Source: Eledone cirrhosa
Lineage: Eukaryota
Assembly: GCA_964016885.1 (NCBI GenBank)
Contig: OZ024748.1
Location: 28,334,001 to 28,398,000, forward strand
Direction of reading: 5' to 3'
DNA length: 64,000 nt
The notes below the pieces were generated by a model. The model was not told the origin of the DNA. It made no database searches and saw nothing but the letters and a program-made list of their open reading frames with translations. The position numbers and the translations under genes were made by a program. Positions 12,601-25,891 of this stretch are shown here, in pieces (position 1 is the stretch's first letter; each line of letters starts with the position of its first letter).

Positions 12601-15600
12601 TAATAATAATTTTGTCATAATTATCAAATTTCTCCATATTTTGTTTTCATATTCCATTTTTTTTTTCATCACTTTGAATTATTAAAATTTTTGATGGTTC
12701 ACACAGTAAATATAATTCCTAGATCTTTTACTGTCTGTCATATCTTAACAAGGACCTTAGACAGATAGCACTGATCTGGCATTATTTGCAATGTCTAACA
12801 AAGCTGTTGTTTGTAGGAGAGCAATTTGAGTTTCAACATCTATTTGCTTAAGATAACCTCCCAATTTTAGTGATATTGGGTTCTAGAGTTAGTATATTTC
12901 ATTAATTTTTGAATTTCTTTCAAGGCTATTATTATTATTATTATATTTACAACAAAAAAAAACCCTGTATTTTCATTCATTTTGACATTTATGTTTTAGT
13001 TAGAGAGAAGGAGAGGTAGAGTAGTATTTTCCTCCCTCTATATAGAGAGCATGATGGATATACTGACAGACATAGCCCTTATTATAGTAGATTACTACTG
13101 TGAATGTAGCAGAGTTGGCAAAATAAGTGAGACATCAAACATTAAAATATTGAAATATTCAAGACAGTGAGGGAGACTATCTGGTTGCTCAGAGTACTAG
13201 ATATCAGTCGAATGTCCCTTAAATTACCTCATATCCTCTTCAAAAAAATAGCAACACATTGGATGATGTTGTCTTAGCAACTTTGCTTGGAAGAAGGACC
13301 TAGGAGGTTAAACAACAATATTGAATTATTTCATTTCATAAATTCAAATCTTATATTCAATTAAAATGTGTATCTACAATACAATGGTGTTGGTTTAAAT
13401 GATTATTAATTCCTCCTCCACCATCTTACAAACATACACACTGTACACTCATGGCAAAAGTTGAACTTCTACTACAGCAAGAAACCATTATTGGACTCAA
13501 AGAATTTTGAACTAAACGTCTCCATCAAAATGAATTACTTAACAGCTTTTTTGAATTCTGGTTGAGACCATTTCCATATTACTTACATTGATACTTTAAT
13601 AGTTCTTTTCAAAAAGGCATGGACATCACCTCTTACCCATTTCCCTTTTCAACAATCTCAGGATTAATACCTATATACAAGAACATCATTGCTACAATTA
13701 TTACTGCTAGGGTCAACTCTGCTTTTCATTTTTCCAGGTTGTGGGGCATAAATAAAGTATAATCGACTCTGCCTTGCCTCCCAAATTTGAGGGCTTTTGC
13801 CATTGTTAGAACCACTTAATATTACTATAATCGTTAGAGCATCCAACAAAATTCCATATAGTATTTTTTTCTGCTCTTTATGTTAAATTCTGAGGTCAAA
13901 TCCCACTGAGGTTAACATCACCTTTCATTCTTTTGGGATTGATAAAATAAAGTACCAGTAATGCACTGGGATCAATGTAATCAACTGTCCCCTTCAAATT
14001 TTCTGGCTTTGTTCCTAAATAAGAAATTGTCATCATTTAATACAGATGTGATGATGTAAATGTTAGCAAGCTGTTTACAAAGTTTACTAAAACCACAAGA
14101 TTCTGAGTTCATTTCATACTAAGGTTAATTTTATTTACTTCTATTCCCCCACCCCCCACCCTATCAACCTGGGCCAGCAGAACCATACCAGTAATATGTA
14201 GTGGATGGTTAGATATTTTACTTGTCTTGCTTTCCCATTACCTTGAGAGCGAAATCATCATCATTATCACTTAGACCAAAGGTCTGTTTCAGTGTTTCCA
14301 TTTTGCTGTTCATTGACTTACAATGAATTCATGTTAAATTTCTTGAGGATGGAATCTCTCACATTTCTCTACATCTGTTAATTATTATTATAACCACTTT
14401 GCAGCATATAGTTATGTTCTGAGTTCAAATCCCACTGAGGTTAGCTTTGCTTTTCATCCTTATGGGTTTAATAAAATAAAGCACCAGTAATGCTGTGGGG
14501 TTCAATTTAACAGACTTTTTCCTCCCCCAAATTGTTAGCCTTGTGCATAAATCAGAAAACATTATTATTGTCGTATTATTTCTAGCATAGTTACGTCCTT
14601 TTACGGTCCGAGTTCAAAACCCGCTGAGGTTAACTTTGCCTTTCATCCTGACGGGGTCGATAAAATAAAGTACCAGTAATGTACTGGGTAATTGCTGGCC
14701 TTGTGCCTAAAGTAGAAACAATTATTATTGTCGTAGGAGCTGTAGTTTCACTTCATTCCTTTCAGAATCAATAAAAATAGATACCTGTAATATTCTGGTG
14801 TTTCACATCAAGTGCACTGATCCCCCTGTAGATAACTGGATTTGTGGTTTCAAAATCAGAGTTCAACTTTGCTTTTCCTTCTTCCTGGTTCAATAAAGTA
14901 AAATAGAAGTGAAATACTAGGATTGATTTGATATCACATGTACTCTGCTAAGAAATTCCAGCAATTGCCTTACTGTAGGAGGTAAAACATTTCTTAAGGA
15001 TCTAAACAAGCAATCCAGTTTCAATTCCCACATGAAACCGTTTCATTCACATTTCATTTAGAAACAAAATAAATAAATAAATAAATAATATCTCATAGAA
15101 ACTCATTTCCATTTTTTGGGGGGGATTAAAATACTTTTGGTTTATCTAAGAAATTGTTATAATAGATACAGACACTACAAATATATACATGGGATAAATT
15201 TACAACTCCCCTTTTCCCCTATTTCAAGGATTGAGACAAGGTCTTTTAAATTACCTCCATCCTCCTAACACTTTTAATTCTCTTTAAAACTATCATCATC
15301 ATCCTCAATAAGGAGAAATTGCCTAATTTAGAGTGTTGCAATGGAACTGTTTTAAATATATTCCTTTATATTCCAAGTTGAATTCCTGTCTGATGAAATT
15401 TTGCTTTCAATCTTCCTGGAGTCAATTAAAAAAAAAAATCAAGTACCTGCCATATATTGGGGTTGATACTACACTCGCTCTACTCTCCACATATTTTCTG
15501 ACCTTGTGGCTCAGAAATCTTTTTGTGTTATTATTTTACCAGAATTGGCAGATTGATGGACAAACAGAATTTTATTCCATGATTTATATTCTAAGTTCAA

Positions 15601-15692
15601 ATCCTATCGCGGTCAACTTTACTTGTCTTTCCTCCTCAAAAAAAAAAAAAAATTTCTGGTCTTGTGCCTAAATTATTATTATTATTATTTTT

Positions 15693-15881
15693 GGGTGGAT
15701 TGGCAGTATCGGTAGAGTCGGACGCCATGCTTTCCAGCATAGTTACGTCCCTTTACGATCTGAGTTCAAATCTCGCCGAGGTTGACTTTGCCTTTCATCC
15801 TTACGGGGTCGATAAAATAAAGTACCAGTAATGCACTGGGTAATTGCTGGCCTTGTGCCTAAAATAGAAACAATTATTATT
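15693..15881 (+). mobile_element. Full-length SINE, short ('gggtaattgctgg') subfamily
   Basis: A box 'tggcagtatcgg', B box 'gagttcaaatc', core, (ATT)n tail. Confidence 0.9.
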
Positions 15882-16439
15882 TTGGTGGAAATTACCATGA
15901 AACAAAAATATTTCTACAAATTTTGTTAGGAAAACTATGAACATCACTTAAACTTATACCATTCCACTATATAGACTATATTGTCTTGATTCTAAAGAAA
16001 TCCTTGTCATTATTTGGCAGTATTGTTAGAGCGTTGGATGCTATGCTTTGAAGCATAGTTATGGCCCTTTACGTTCTGATTTCAAATCCTGCCAAGGTTA
16101 ACTTTGCCTTTCATCCATACAGGGTTCGATAAAATAAAGCACCCATAATGCACTGGGGTCGATTTAATTGACCCCCCCCCCCCCACCACCACCACCAGAA
16201 TTGCTGGCCTTGTGCCTAAATCAGAAACCATTATTATTATTATTATTAATAGTAGTAGTATTGTATTTAGCTATAGCATTTTACTTTTGAGTTCAAATCC
16301 AACTGTGGTCAACTTTGTCTTTCATCTTTTCAGAAGGGAGGTCGTTAAAATAAAGTACAGTTATGTACTGGGGGTCGATGTAATTGGCTTCCTCTACCCC
16401 TACCCCCAAAATTGCTGGCCTTGTGCCTATATAAGAAAC

Positions 16440-16476
<37 letters not shown>

Positions 16477-16696
16477 CATCAATAAAGCAATAGACAGAAT
16501 GCCTTGCAGTATTTACTTCCACAGATTTCAAATCCTGTCATGGTCAACTTTGCCTTTCACTTTTAAGGAGTCAACAAAATAAGTCCAAAAACAGGAGTCA
16601 CCCTCAAAATTTCAGGCCTTGTGCATAATTTAGAAACTATTATTATTAGTGCTATTATCCTGTTCACTTAAGATTGTTTTTTTTTTTCTCACTAAA

Positions 16697-16892
16697 GGGC
16701 GGTGAATTGGCAGTATTGGTAGAGGGTTGGACGCCTTGCTTTCTAGCATAGTTACGTCCCTTTACGGTCTGAGTTCAAATCCCGTTGAGGTTAACTTTGC
16801 CCTTCATCCTTATGGGGTCGATAAAATAAAGTGCCAGTAATGTACTGGGTAATTGTTGGCCTTGTGCCAAAAGTAGAAACAATTATTATTAC
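16697..16892 (+). mobile_element. Full-length SINE, short subfamily
   Basis: Highly similar to 15693-15881 and 59471-59667. Confidence 0.9.
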
Positions 16893-17249
16893 TACTATTA
16901 TTGTTAATGTGCATTAGATTTCTTAAGTGTCTTTTTGCATTTCATATCCATCATATAACTATTTTACAAATTACATTTAGCCAGCATCTGCATTTTTTTT
17001 CAAATTTTACTTGAAAACAATTTTTGTTGTTTTCTTTGTATTTTTTTTTAAGGTTGGAGAGGTTTTTTGTTTTACTTTAGGTGCTTTTCAACCTTTATAT
17101 GAAGCATGGTAGGTTTTCTTCAAAATGAAGGCAAAAAGAACTAAAATAGATGATTATACATGTGTGTGTGTATGTGTATGTATTTAAGTGTATGCATAGA
17201 CTTTATACATGTGTGTAGGTATGTCTCTGTAGATTTAAGTGGATGCCAC

Positions 17250-17392
17250 AGAGCTACATGGTTCAGAAGTTCACTTCACAATCTTTAGGTCCCACTACAC
17301 AGCATGTTGGGCAGGGGTCATTTACCATAGCGTAGGTTGACCCAGGCCTTGCGAGTGAAATTGGGTAAATGCAAACTGTTTAGAAACCCATT
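17250..17392 (+). mobile_element. Decayed copy of a second SINE family
   Basis: 'cccactacacagcatgttgggcagggg...ccttgcgagtgaaattgggtaaatgcaaactg' resembles an abundant octopus SINE (recalled, not searched). Confidence 0.5.
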
Positions 17393-17767
17393 GACACTGT
17401 CATGTTGAACCTCTCTGAGACGTTAAGGGTACACGTGTTTGTGGACTGCACATTTCGTGAGAAAACAACTGTAACACTTATTGTTGAAACCAAAAGATCC
17501 ATTTGATGTGTATATATATATATGTGTGTGTATATGTATTATATATATGTTTAATATGCATACATGTGCCTACCTATGTATAGGTGAGATGATGTGGGTG
17601 TTTAACCCTTTAAAAGCAGTTATTGGATCTTCTCCTTTTTTCATTCTTTCTTTCATTATCCCTCCACCTGTAACCCATGGTCAAACTCAGGATGGTAGGG
17701 TAAAATAACTGAGCAAGCATTAAACATTTAAATCATCTTCCATGTTAACCTTCTTTTGTCTTTGGTG

Positions 17768-17953
17768 TATGGGGCCAACAAGATTGTGTGCGTTTGTCTA
17801 TGGGGCCAACAAAATTGTATGTGTGTGTGTTTATGTCTATATATTTATAGAACCAACAAGATGGTGTGCATGTGTGTACTTTTGTCTATATGTGTATGAG
17901 GCCAACAAGATTGCATGTGTGGGTTATGTCTATGTATGGGACCAACCAGATTC
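17768..17953. repeat. Degenerate minisatellite, 5 units anchored on 'tatggggccaacaagat'
   Basis: Five imperfect copies with variable TG-rich spacers. Confidence 0.8.
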
Positions 17954-18468
17954 ACTAACAGAAATGAAACTAGGTAAGATTTCTGATTACTATTGATCTG
18001 ATTGCTAGGGTCAGGAGTTCAATTCTGGGTTTACTTAGTTTTGTTTCTATACAGTGTCTCCCTTTTAATTCACAGTGGCAGTGGATGGGAAGGGACAGTG
18101 TTGTAGGTGTTAGATCTTATAGAAGCTGGATAGATATAAAGTTTACCACCATAGGCACCGCAAACCTCTCTTGAAAAATACTCATCAATTGCATAGTACA
18201 GCCACAATCTCCGACAGTGAACTGTCCCTTTACCTCCCCTCTAACTACCCACATCTAAATTGAGCAAGGCCAGCGACGGCACTCTGTATGGTGAGATTTT
18301 TATATAGTACTCCCACCCCTTCCCCCACATTATGTTAACTATTTACATCTAGCTTGACCAGGGCCAGAAACAGCACTGTTCATATAAGATTTTTAACCCC
18401 TTCGGCCACTTAAAATAATCGGACCAATCGCAAGATGTTTCTTGATGTGTGTGTATATATATATATAT

Positions 18469-18633
18469 ACTATATTTCCCGGTGCTGAAGACGCTTCGTC
18501 CTCGAGGACTCACCCTGATTTTGACAACCAAAAATTTGAAAAATAATAATAAATAACCTTCGGGCTCAAGGACACGGTAGATTTTTGAGACTTATTCTAG
18601 GAAAAAAGTAGCGTCTTCGATGCCGGAAAATAC

Positions 18634-18636
<3 letters not shown>
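18469..18636. mobile_element. MITE with pogo/Tc2-like terminal inverted repeats
   Basis: 18469-18494 vs reverse complement of 18611-18636 match at 19/26; resembles CCGTATTTTCCGG...AAGACGC termini; lies within TA/TG repeats. Confidence 0.55.
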
Positions 18637-18664
<28 letters not shown>

Positions 18665-18965
18665 TTACACATGTATACACACACATATATATTTGCGCAT
18701 GCATACACACAGACACTTGATGATATATATCAAAGATGGTAAGATTCATATTATCACCATCACTATTTATATTCTACTTACTTTGATCTGCTTAATCTGT
18801 TTTTCCTGGAAACAGGAGACCTGACACAGTTGTTGTTGGTAGTTGAAACCCCAGTCTTCTAATGTCCGACCTCTGAACCTTATACCAATATCACTGTTTC
18901 TTCATTGGTTCAATTGGGTTTTTGTTTTGTCCTTTTTTAAATATTTTTTTATCAAATGACGATTG

Positions 18966-19170
18966 TGGATTGGCAGTATCGGTAGAGGGTTGGACGCCAT
19001 GCTTTGCATCAAAGAGTTACGGCCCTTTATGGTCTGAGTTCATATCCCGCTGAGGTTAACTTTGCCTTTCATCTTTACGGGGTCGATAAAATAAAGTACC
19101 AGTCACGCACTGGGGTCGATTTAATCGACTTTCCCCTCCCTGGCCTTATGCCTATATAAGAAAATTATTA
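18966..19170 (+). mobile_element. Full-length SINE, long subfamily
   Basis: Pol III boxes, core, 'ggggtcgatttaatcgac' hairpin segment, AT tail. Confidence 0.9.
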
Positions 19171-19662
19171 ATACTACTACTGTTAAATTTAAAAAATTTT
19201 TAAACTTATTAAATTCCTCTTCCTCCTCCTCATCATTATCGACATGGCAAACAGAGTAACTGACCTGGCTAACACTTTAGTAAGTTAGGATTTTAATGAT
19301 AAAAATATGTTAAATACATGGCACCTCCATTGCTGTGAGTTCAAATCCTACCATGAATTTTCTCTCACATTTGGAAATGGTTCGTCATAAATATGTGTGT
19401 ATATATAAATATATGTGTATATATATAAATATAGGTATATATATATAAATGTGTGTGTGTATGTATTCATATATATATATGTGTGTTTGTGTATATATTC
19501 ATATATGTATGCATATATATATGTATGTATCATCGTTTAACGTCCATTTTCTACGTTAGCATGGCTTATGTATATATATATATATGTGTGTGTATATATA
19601 TATATATATAGACACACACACACACATACATCAATTTCCTTTCGCTCTAATATATATATATG

Positions 19663-22612
19663 TTGTGATGGAGAGGAGAGTCTGCTAGAGTTCCAAATTT
19701 TTCTGGGTGGGAAATGACAATGGGTTGGGTGGTTTAGGTATACTATTAGCTGACAAATGGGTAGATAAGGTAATCTCAGTGAACGCAAGAATGATTAAAC
19801 TTAGACTAGTCCTGAATAAAACAATTGCCACAATCATATCAGTTTACGCACCCCAATCTGGGTTGCCAGACGAACTTATGGATAGGTTTTACGAGTCCTT
19901 AATATACACCACTGTCCTAAAAAATGACGACGACTTCCTAATCATTACAGGAGACTTTAACGGACACAATGGGAAACACCGTGATCGCTTCTCTAGAGTC
20001 CATGGGGGCCACGGGTTTGGTACAAGAAATGAAGGCTTCAGGCTTCTAGAATTCTGTGACGCCAATGACATGTCGATATGTAACACAAACTTCAAAAAAC
20101 CCGACAACCATCTCATCACCTATAGATCTGGGGAGCATTCTAGACAGATAGATTTTATCCTCATTAGAGGACGAGATAGATGGACGGTTGTAAATACAAA
20201 AGCCTTCCCTGGTGAGGAATGTACTTCCCAACATAACTTAGTTGTCAGCGACCTCATTGTCAGAACTAGACGAACTTGGAAACAGAAGGTAACCTGGAGA
20301 AGAAAGATCTGGAAGCTGAAAGACCCCTCAGCCAGTAACCGATTTAAAGGTATCTTACTCGACGCCGATCACAGTAAAGAAGAACAGATAGAGACATTCA
20401 ATGTAGAAGAGCACTGGGAGTTCCGAAAAATTGCTTACTAAAGGCGAGGGACGAGAATTGTGGTTTGAGCAAGACCACAGGGAGGAGGAGAGTGACTTGG
20501 TGGTTGATCAATAAGGTAGATGAGGCAATTAAGGCTAAGAGACAGGCAACGAAAGAAGGGGGGAAGCAGGGTACATTACATAGAGACCAGGAGGGAAGCT
20601 AGGCGACAAGTATACTTAGCTAGAATTGAAGCGGAGGACAGAAAATTCAAGCATGTTTTGCAGCGTGAGGACCAGAAACATGAGGTGTTCAGGATTGCGA
20701 GGCAGTGTGTTAGAGATAATTGTGATGTCATTGGAAAAAAGTGTGTCCGGAATGATAAAGGTGAGCTTGCCCTCACAAGTGCTGAGAAGAAAGATGCGTG
20801 GAAGAGCTATTATGAAAGATTACTAAATGAGGAGAATGCATGGAAGAAAAAGACCCTACCCAAAGTGGGCTCTATAGAGTTGGCCAGCCGTACAAGTCAG
20901 CAGCAGCGTAGTAAGTAAGGCAATTAAAGATATGAAGACTGGGAAGGCAACCGGTCCATCGGGTATAGCTGCTGAGATGCTGAAAGCATCTGGGTCGGTA
21001 GGTCACACCATAACTATGTCTATTGTTAACCAGGTAATACTCGAGGGTGTTATACCAAAGGATTGGTGCGGCAGCATCATTGTCAACTGCTACAAAGGTA
21101 AAGGTGAATCACTAGATAAAGGTATAAAGCTGATGGACCAGGTCATGAAAGTAACGGAAAGTGTTATAGCACAGTTGATTAGGGACCGGGTAAAATTAGA
21201 TGAGATGCAATTTGGGTTTGTGCCATGACATGGCACCACTGATGCTCTCTTCCTTGTGAGGCTGCACAAGCCATGTATAGGGGAGCAGTCAGCAAACTTA
21301 CCACTGATGCCCTCTTCCTTGTGAGGCTGCACAAGCCATGTATAGGGGAGCAGTCAGCAAACTTAGGGTTAGCAATGACTATAGCGAGGAATTTAGTATA
21401 CAGGTCGGTGTCCACCAGGACTCTGTTCTTAACCCTCTCCTCTTCATTATAGTATTGCAGTCAATAATAGAGGAGTTTAAGACCGGATGCCCATGGGAAA
21501 TCCTATATGCGGATGATCTTACACTTATAGCTGAATCTATGGTGGAACAAGAGAAGAAATTCCAAACGTGGAAGCAGGGACTAGAAAGAAATGGTCTCAA
21601 GGACTAAGGTCCTCGTAAGTAGATGAGAAAATAGAACCCAGATCCCCTCAGGGAAATGACCTTACTCAGAATGTCGGAAAGGTGTAGGTAGGAACTCCAA
21701 ATACAAACAATGGGTACACAAGAGATGTAGTGGGATCTCAGGAAGCTTAGCTAAGAATGTAGGCTTTACATGTAGCAGCTGCGCCAGGATAGCAAGCAGG
21801 AAACAAGCACCACCAAACTCTGGGAGGACTCTGTAGAAACAGTAGACAGCTTTTGCTACCTAGGTGACCGAATTAACAGTGGAGGGCGGGTGTTCGGAAA
21901 GTACAGTAACCAGGGTAAGAACGGGGTGGAAACAGCAATGCTACATGGTAGTGAGATCTGGGCGTTGTGTGTAGAAGACTTGCGTAGATTAGAAAGAAAC
22001 GAAGCTTGCGTGCTCCATGTGTAATAGTAATATACGCGAATGGCAAAGCATAAGCGAATTGAGAGAGAGACTGAGCATAAGAGGAATCAAATGCTGTGTG
22101 CAGGAGAGGAGGTAGCGTTGGTATGGCCATGTGATGCGTATGAAGGATGACAGTTGCATAAAAAGGTGCAGAACACTAAAAGTCGATGGAAGCCGCGAGA
22201 CCCAAGAAGACCTGGGATGAGGTGATAAAAGGCGATGACAAAAGATCGTGACCTCCGGCGTCACGCAGTAATACAGAAAACCCTACTTCCCACGGGTACA
22301 AGCCGAAGCTTGAAGCATATAGACAATATGCCCAGCCCCCACTGCAAAGGGGTGGTGGAGGTGCCACGGCAAAGAAGCACCCAGCCCACACTGTAAAGTG
22401 GACGTGTAGGCGCCACGGAAAAAAGCACCCAGCACTAACTGTAAATGAGGTTGGTGTTTGGAAGGGCATCCAGCTGTAGAAATCAAGCCAGAATCAGTTC
22501 CTGTATGAGCAAGATAAGGACAGCCGACCAGACACTGCACACAACAGGACAACCCGTCTAACCCATGCTAGTATGGAAGAACGGACGTAAAACGGTGATG
22601 ATGATGATGATA
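19663..22612 (+). mobile_element. RTE-clade LINE, decayed (APE endonuclease + RT), copy 1
   Basis: APE motifs 'SVYAPQ', 'GDFNGH', 'QIDFIL', 'SQHNLV'; RT 'QFGFVP', 'GVHQDSVLNPLLF', 'YADDL'; frameshifts and stops; (GAT)n tail at ~22597. Confidence 0.95.
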
Positions 22613-22709
22613 TATATATATATGCGTCTCTCTCTATATATATATGTATGTATATATATATATATGTGTGTCTATATATATATTTATGTATATATAAACA
22701 CATATACCT

Positions 22710-23329
22710 GTTGAGTCAAAGACATGAAGGTAATATAGACAACATAGAAATTAAAATAATAAGCATAGAAATGACTCAACAGACAGGCAAATCAGAGAAG
22801 CAACTGAGATAGAACTAAGAAGACCGAAGTTGAACAGAAAGAACGAATGGAATAACAACAACCACACGCAAACAGGCTTAAGGGAAATATAAATAAATAT
22901 ATACACAAGTAGAATAACAACAAACGGATATAAACAGACACTAGTGAACAAAGATAGAATACAAAAACAAAAACACATACACTCAAACGCGAACACACGC
23001 ACCAAACATTATACACACACGCAAACGCATGCCAGAGACAAGAAGAAATAAATAAATAAAAATGGCGTAGACATTACAATACAATGGGAGGAAACATAAT
23101 AGTACCACTGATGATGTAGCAGATGTGCGACGAAAGAACTTTGATAGACGATATATATATATTTATATCTGTATTTTTAACCGCTGGTCAATCAATGATA
23201 AACATTAATTGCCAAATAAATTAACTATGGAGATATAAAAAATACAGAAGAGAAAACCAAACAGTGAGTGTGTTCTGTTATTATTTCTGGCAATATTATA
23301 ACAATATGCCCCCCCCCCCACGTATAACA
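22710..23329 (+). mobile_element. PLE family C 3' fragment (EN C-terminus + terminal repeat)
   Basis: Aligns with 27130-27763; 'RQIREATEIELRRPKLNRKNEW'; ends 'gtataaca' + TA. Confidence 0.85.
23099..23150 (+). ncRNA. Hammerhead motif, family C
   Basis: CTGATGA t gtagca gatg tgcgac GAAA gaactt; helix II partly mismatched in this copy. Confidence 0.6.
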
Positions 23330-23360
23330 TATATTTTTTTTTTTTCATTACCACTATAAG

Positions 23361-23433
23361 GGGTCTGAGGAACTGGATTACAGAGTCGGGCTAGATCGAA
23401 CCTTGAGCTGATCAGTGGCGAAACGCGCGTCAC
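23361..23433 (+). ncRNA. Degenerate minimal hammerhead motif
   Basis: CTGAGGA at 23365, actg/cagt helix II base, GAAAC GCGC GTC (palindromic loop) at 23420-23431, followed by AATAAA; helix I only 2 bp. Confidence 0.45.
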
Positions 23434-23489
23434 GAACAAATAAACGTAATGAAGGAGTAACCACTCGTCCTTGTTTTATTTTACTAGAA

Positions 23490-23987
23490 TGACGGGGTCT
23501 ATAATTTTTAGGACAGACGCATAGAACACGAGAAGGTCAAACGGGATGTGCGTAAGCAATGCCCTGGTGCATCTCTCGAAATAATCGGTGTCTCCGTTGA
23601 ATTGAATTGCCATGACTGTGGAAAAATTTGCTTGAGCAAATCTGGTCTCAGGAGCCACTGTCACAGCCATGTTCAAAGAGAACCACTCAACTATGATCTC
23701 CACGGTATTGTGAAGGTTCACAGGCAACCTGAGGCCAGGGAGATCAATAGTTGTCGGCAATGTGCGAAGGAGTGCAGGTCCCTAGCAGGCTTGAAAAGCC
23801 ATATCCGAGCATCACACATCTGAATCTGACAAGTGATTGCAATACTCTTAGCAGCGTTTGAAGCCATCATGTATGTATGTATGTATGTATGTATGTATGT
23901 ATGTATGTATGTATGTATGTATGTATGTATGTATGTATGTATGTATGTATGTATGTATGTATGTATGTATGATGTATGTATGTATGT
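23490..23987 (+). mobile_element. 3' end of an RTE-type LINE with two C2H2 zinc fingers and (ATGT)n tail
   Basis: ORF 23548-23823 'CHDCGKICLSKSGLRSH' and '[17 protein letters not shown]'; short 3'UTR ending 'gccatcat' (similar end at 45805-45845) then (ATGT)n. Confidence 0.7.
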
Positions 23988-24052
23988 AAATAAATTTGTT
24001 GAACGAAAATGACAGAGGTTATTAAAATGCGTCCACAAATTGATTTTTTTGT

Positions 24053-24103
24053 AGTTTCAGAAGATCCCGTTAAGGGTGAAAGCAGTGATTCTTTGCTTAA
24101 ACT
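24053..24103 (+). ncRNA. Hammerhead-like motif, family A (CAGAAGA)
   Basis: Same fold as 10043-10093. Confidence 0.6.
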
Positions 24104-24126
24104 TTAATCTGTTATTTTAATAAATA

Positions 24127-24266
24127 GGATTGGCAGTATCGTTAGAAGGTCGGACGCCATGCTTTACAGCACAGAGTTACGGCCCTTTCCATTCTGCGTT
24201 CAAATCCCGCCGAGGTTAACTTTGGCTTTCATCCTTACGGGGTCGATAAAATAAAGTACCAGTAAT
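24127..24266 (+). mobile_element. 3'-truncated SINE between two HHR-bearing direct repeats
   Basis: SINE head and core, stops after 'gtaccagtaat'. Confidence 0.9.
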
Positions 24267-24335
24267 AATGTAAATAAATTTATTGAACGAAAATGACAGG
24301 GGTTATTAAAATGCGTCCACAGATTGATTTTTTTT

Positions 24336-24386
24336 AGTTTAAGAAGATCCCGTTAAGGGTGAAAGCAGCGATTCTTTGCTTAAACT
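24336..24386 (+). ncRNA. Hammerhead-like motif, family A, core mutated to AAGAAGA
   Basis: Second copy of the ~140-bp direct repeat. Confidence 0.5.
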
Positions 24387-24754
24387 TTAATCTGTTTTAA
24401 TAAATATATTACATACACACACACACACACACACATATCTATAAATATATATAATATATGTATATAATATTTGTATATATATATAATATATATATATACA
24501 TATATTTATATATATATAATATATATATATATAAATAATATGTATATATAATATATATATATAATATATATAAATAATATATATATATATATATAAATAA
24601 TATGTATATATAATATATATATATATAGAATATAGGTTTATCCCGGGTTCAATTCGGGGTAACGACAGTAAGTAAGGTACTCAATACAAAGCTGAGTATA
24701 AATATTTAATATAGAAAAGCTTTTCTATATTATATAGAAGCTTTTCTATTTTAA

Positions 24755-24796
<42 letters not shown>

Positions 24797-24897
24797 TGAA
24801 GTAATTCCATCGGAAAAGTCCAGGAAAAAAGAGTGCTCTATGTAAGCAACAGAGCTTAATTATTATTATTATGTAATAAACAACATAAGGCAATTAT

Positions 24898-24955
24898 TCC
24901 ATTTACCAGTGGTTTCTTAAAAGCAAAAGGTTTTGCTTTCAATCCTCAGAATGAA
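24898..24955 (-). ncRNA. Type I hammerhead ribozyme, family G
   Basis: Reverse complement of 25325-25382. Confidence 0.8.
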
Positions 24956-25079
24956 AAATCCTGGTTTGTTTATTGAATATGGATTCTAAAAACAAAAATG
25001 CAATCTATATGAAAGTGAGGCTGGAAAAGGGAGAAGGAAAGGAAAAATAAAATAAAATAAAACTACACATGCAAACACA

Positions 25080-25112
<33 letters not shown>

Positions 25113-25324
25113 ATAAAAGCATACTTACACACACACACATAATATATGTGTGTGTGTGTGTAAGTATGCTTTTATGTTGTTTTTTTTTTTTTTTTTTGTG
25201 TGTGTTTGCATGTGTAGTTTTATTTTATTTTATTTTTCCTTTCCTTCTCCCTTTTCCAGCCTCACTTTCATATAGATTGCATTTTTGTTTTTAGAATCCA
25301 TATTCAATAAACAAACCAGGATTT

Positions 25325-25382
25325 TTCATTCTGAGGATTGAAAGCAAAACCTTTTGCTTTTAAGAAACCACTGGTAAATGGA
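25325..25382 (+). ncRNA. Type I hammerhead ribozyme, family G
   Basis: ttcatt/aatgga helix I; CTGAGGA; ttgaaagcaaaa/ttttgcttttaa helix II; GAA acc/ggt helix III; GUA triplet at 25374-25376. Confidence 0.8.
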
Positions 25383-25444
25383 ATAATTGCCTTATGTTGT
25401 TTATTACATAATAAAAAAATATATATATATATATATATATATAT

Positions 25445-25705
25445 AGGGCGGGTAAAATTCCCGAGATCCATGGACGAGTTCTCTCCAGCGGTCTCTGTCC
25501 CTCATTATCGCTGCCATGTCCTGCGTCTCCAACAGACCAGTGTCTGTCCTTAGGGCATCAAGACATGTTAACCTCGGTCTTCCTCTTCCAGTGTGTCCAT
25601 GTAGGGGCTCCCAAAGGAGCACTGAGTGCAGTGTCAACTCAGGATGTCAGTGAGCATGTCCAGCTAACCTCAGTCTCCTCTGAGTCACTTTTGAGCTGAC
25701 TTTTG
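25445..25705 (-). mobile_element. RTE-type LINE 3' fragment
   Basis: 'RLRLAGH...VLLWEPLHGHTGRGRPRLT...MRDRDRWR'. Confidence 0.8.
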
Positions 25706-25891
25706 TGGAAAAATGTGTGGAGATGATCAGTGAGAGTGAGGTGGAGTTCTGCGACGTCGACACAGATGACTGAGCCTCCTACTTAGACTTACCTATGACA
25801 CCGAGTACCTAGACAGCCATGACCTTAGCCGTTTCTGCCCTAGTAGACCCATAAGAGGTAGACCCCCCCCCCATGGCAAAAAAAGACTCCC

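Larger units (their letters stand above)
13700..16892 (+). mobile_element. Second dense same-strand SINE cluster
   Basis: Many copies of the same SINE core, e.g. ~13870, 14400, 14580, 15693, 16015, 16280, 16500, 16697. Confidence 0.85.
24792..25414. mobile_element. Palindromic non-coding PLE remnant (family G)
   Basis: 24866-25141 is inverted as 25145-25414; left arm has an extra tail 24792-24865; flanked by (TA)n. Confidence 0.85.

Noticed and set aside
15693-15790. tRNA genes
   Set aside because: A/B boxes belong to SINE heads; no full cloverleaf, and always followed by the SINE core.
17768-17953. CRISPR-like array
   Set aside because: Degenerate repeats, low-complexity related spacers, eukaryotic context, no cas genes.
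18485-18520. Hammerhead-like 'gtga gtcc tcga ggac gaagc' on minus
   Set aside because: Both core halves deviate, there is no helix I, and it lies inside a MITE overlapping its TIR.
23548-23823. Host C2H2 zinc-finger gene
   Set aside because: No TGEKP linkers. The fingers match the C-terminal type of RTE LINEs and are followed by a short UTR and an (ATGT)n tail.
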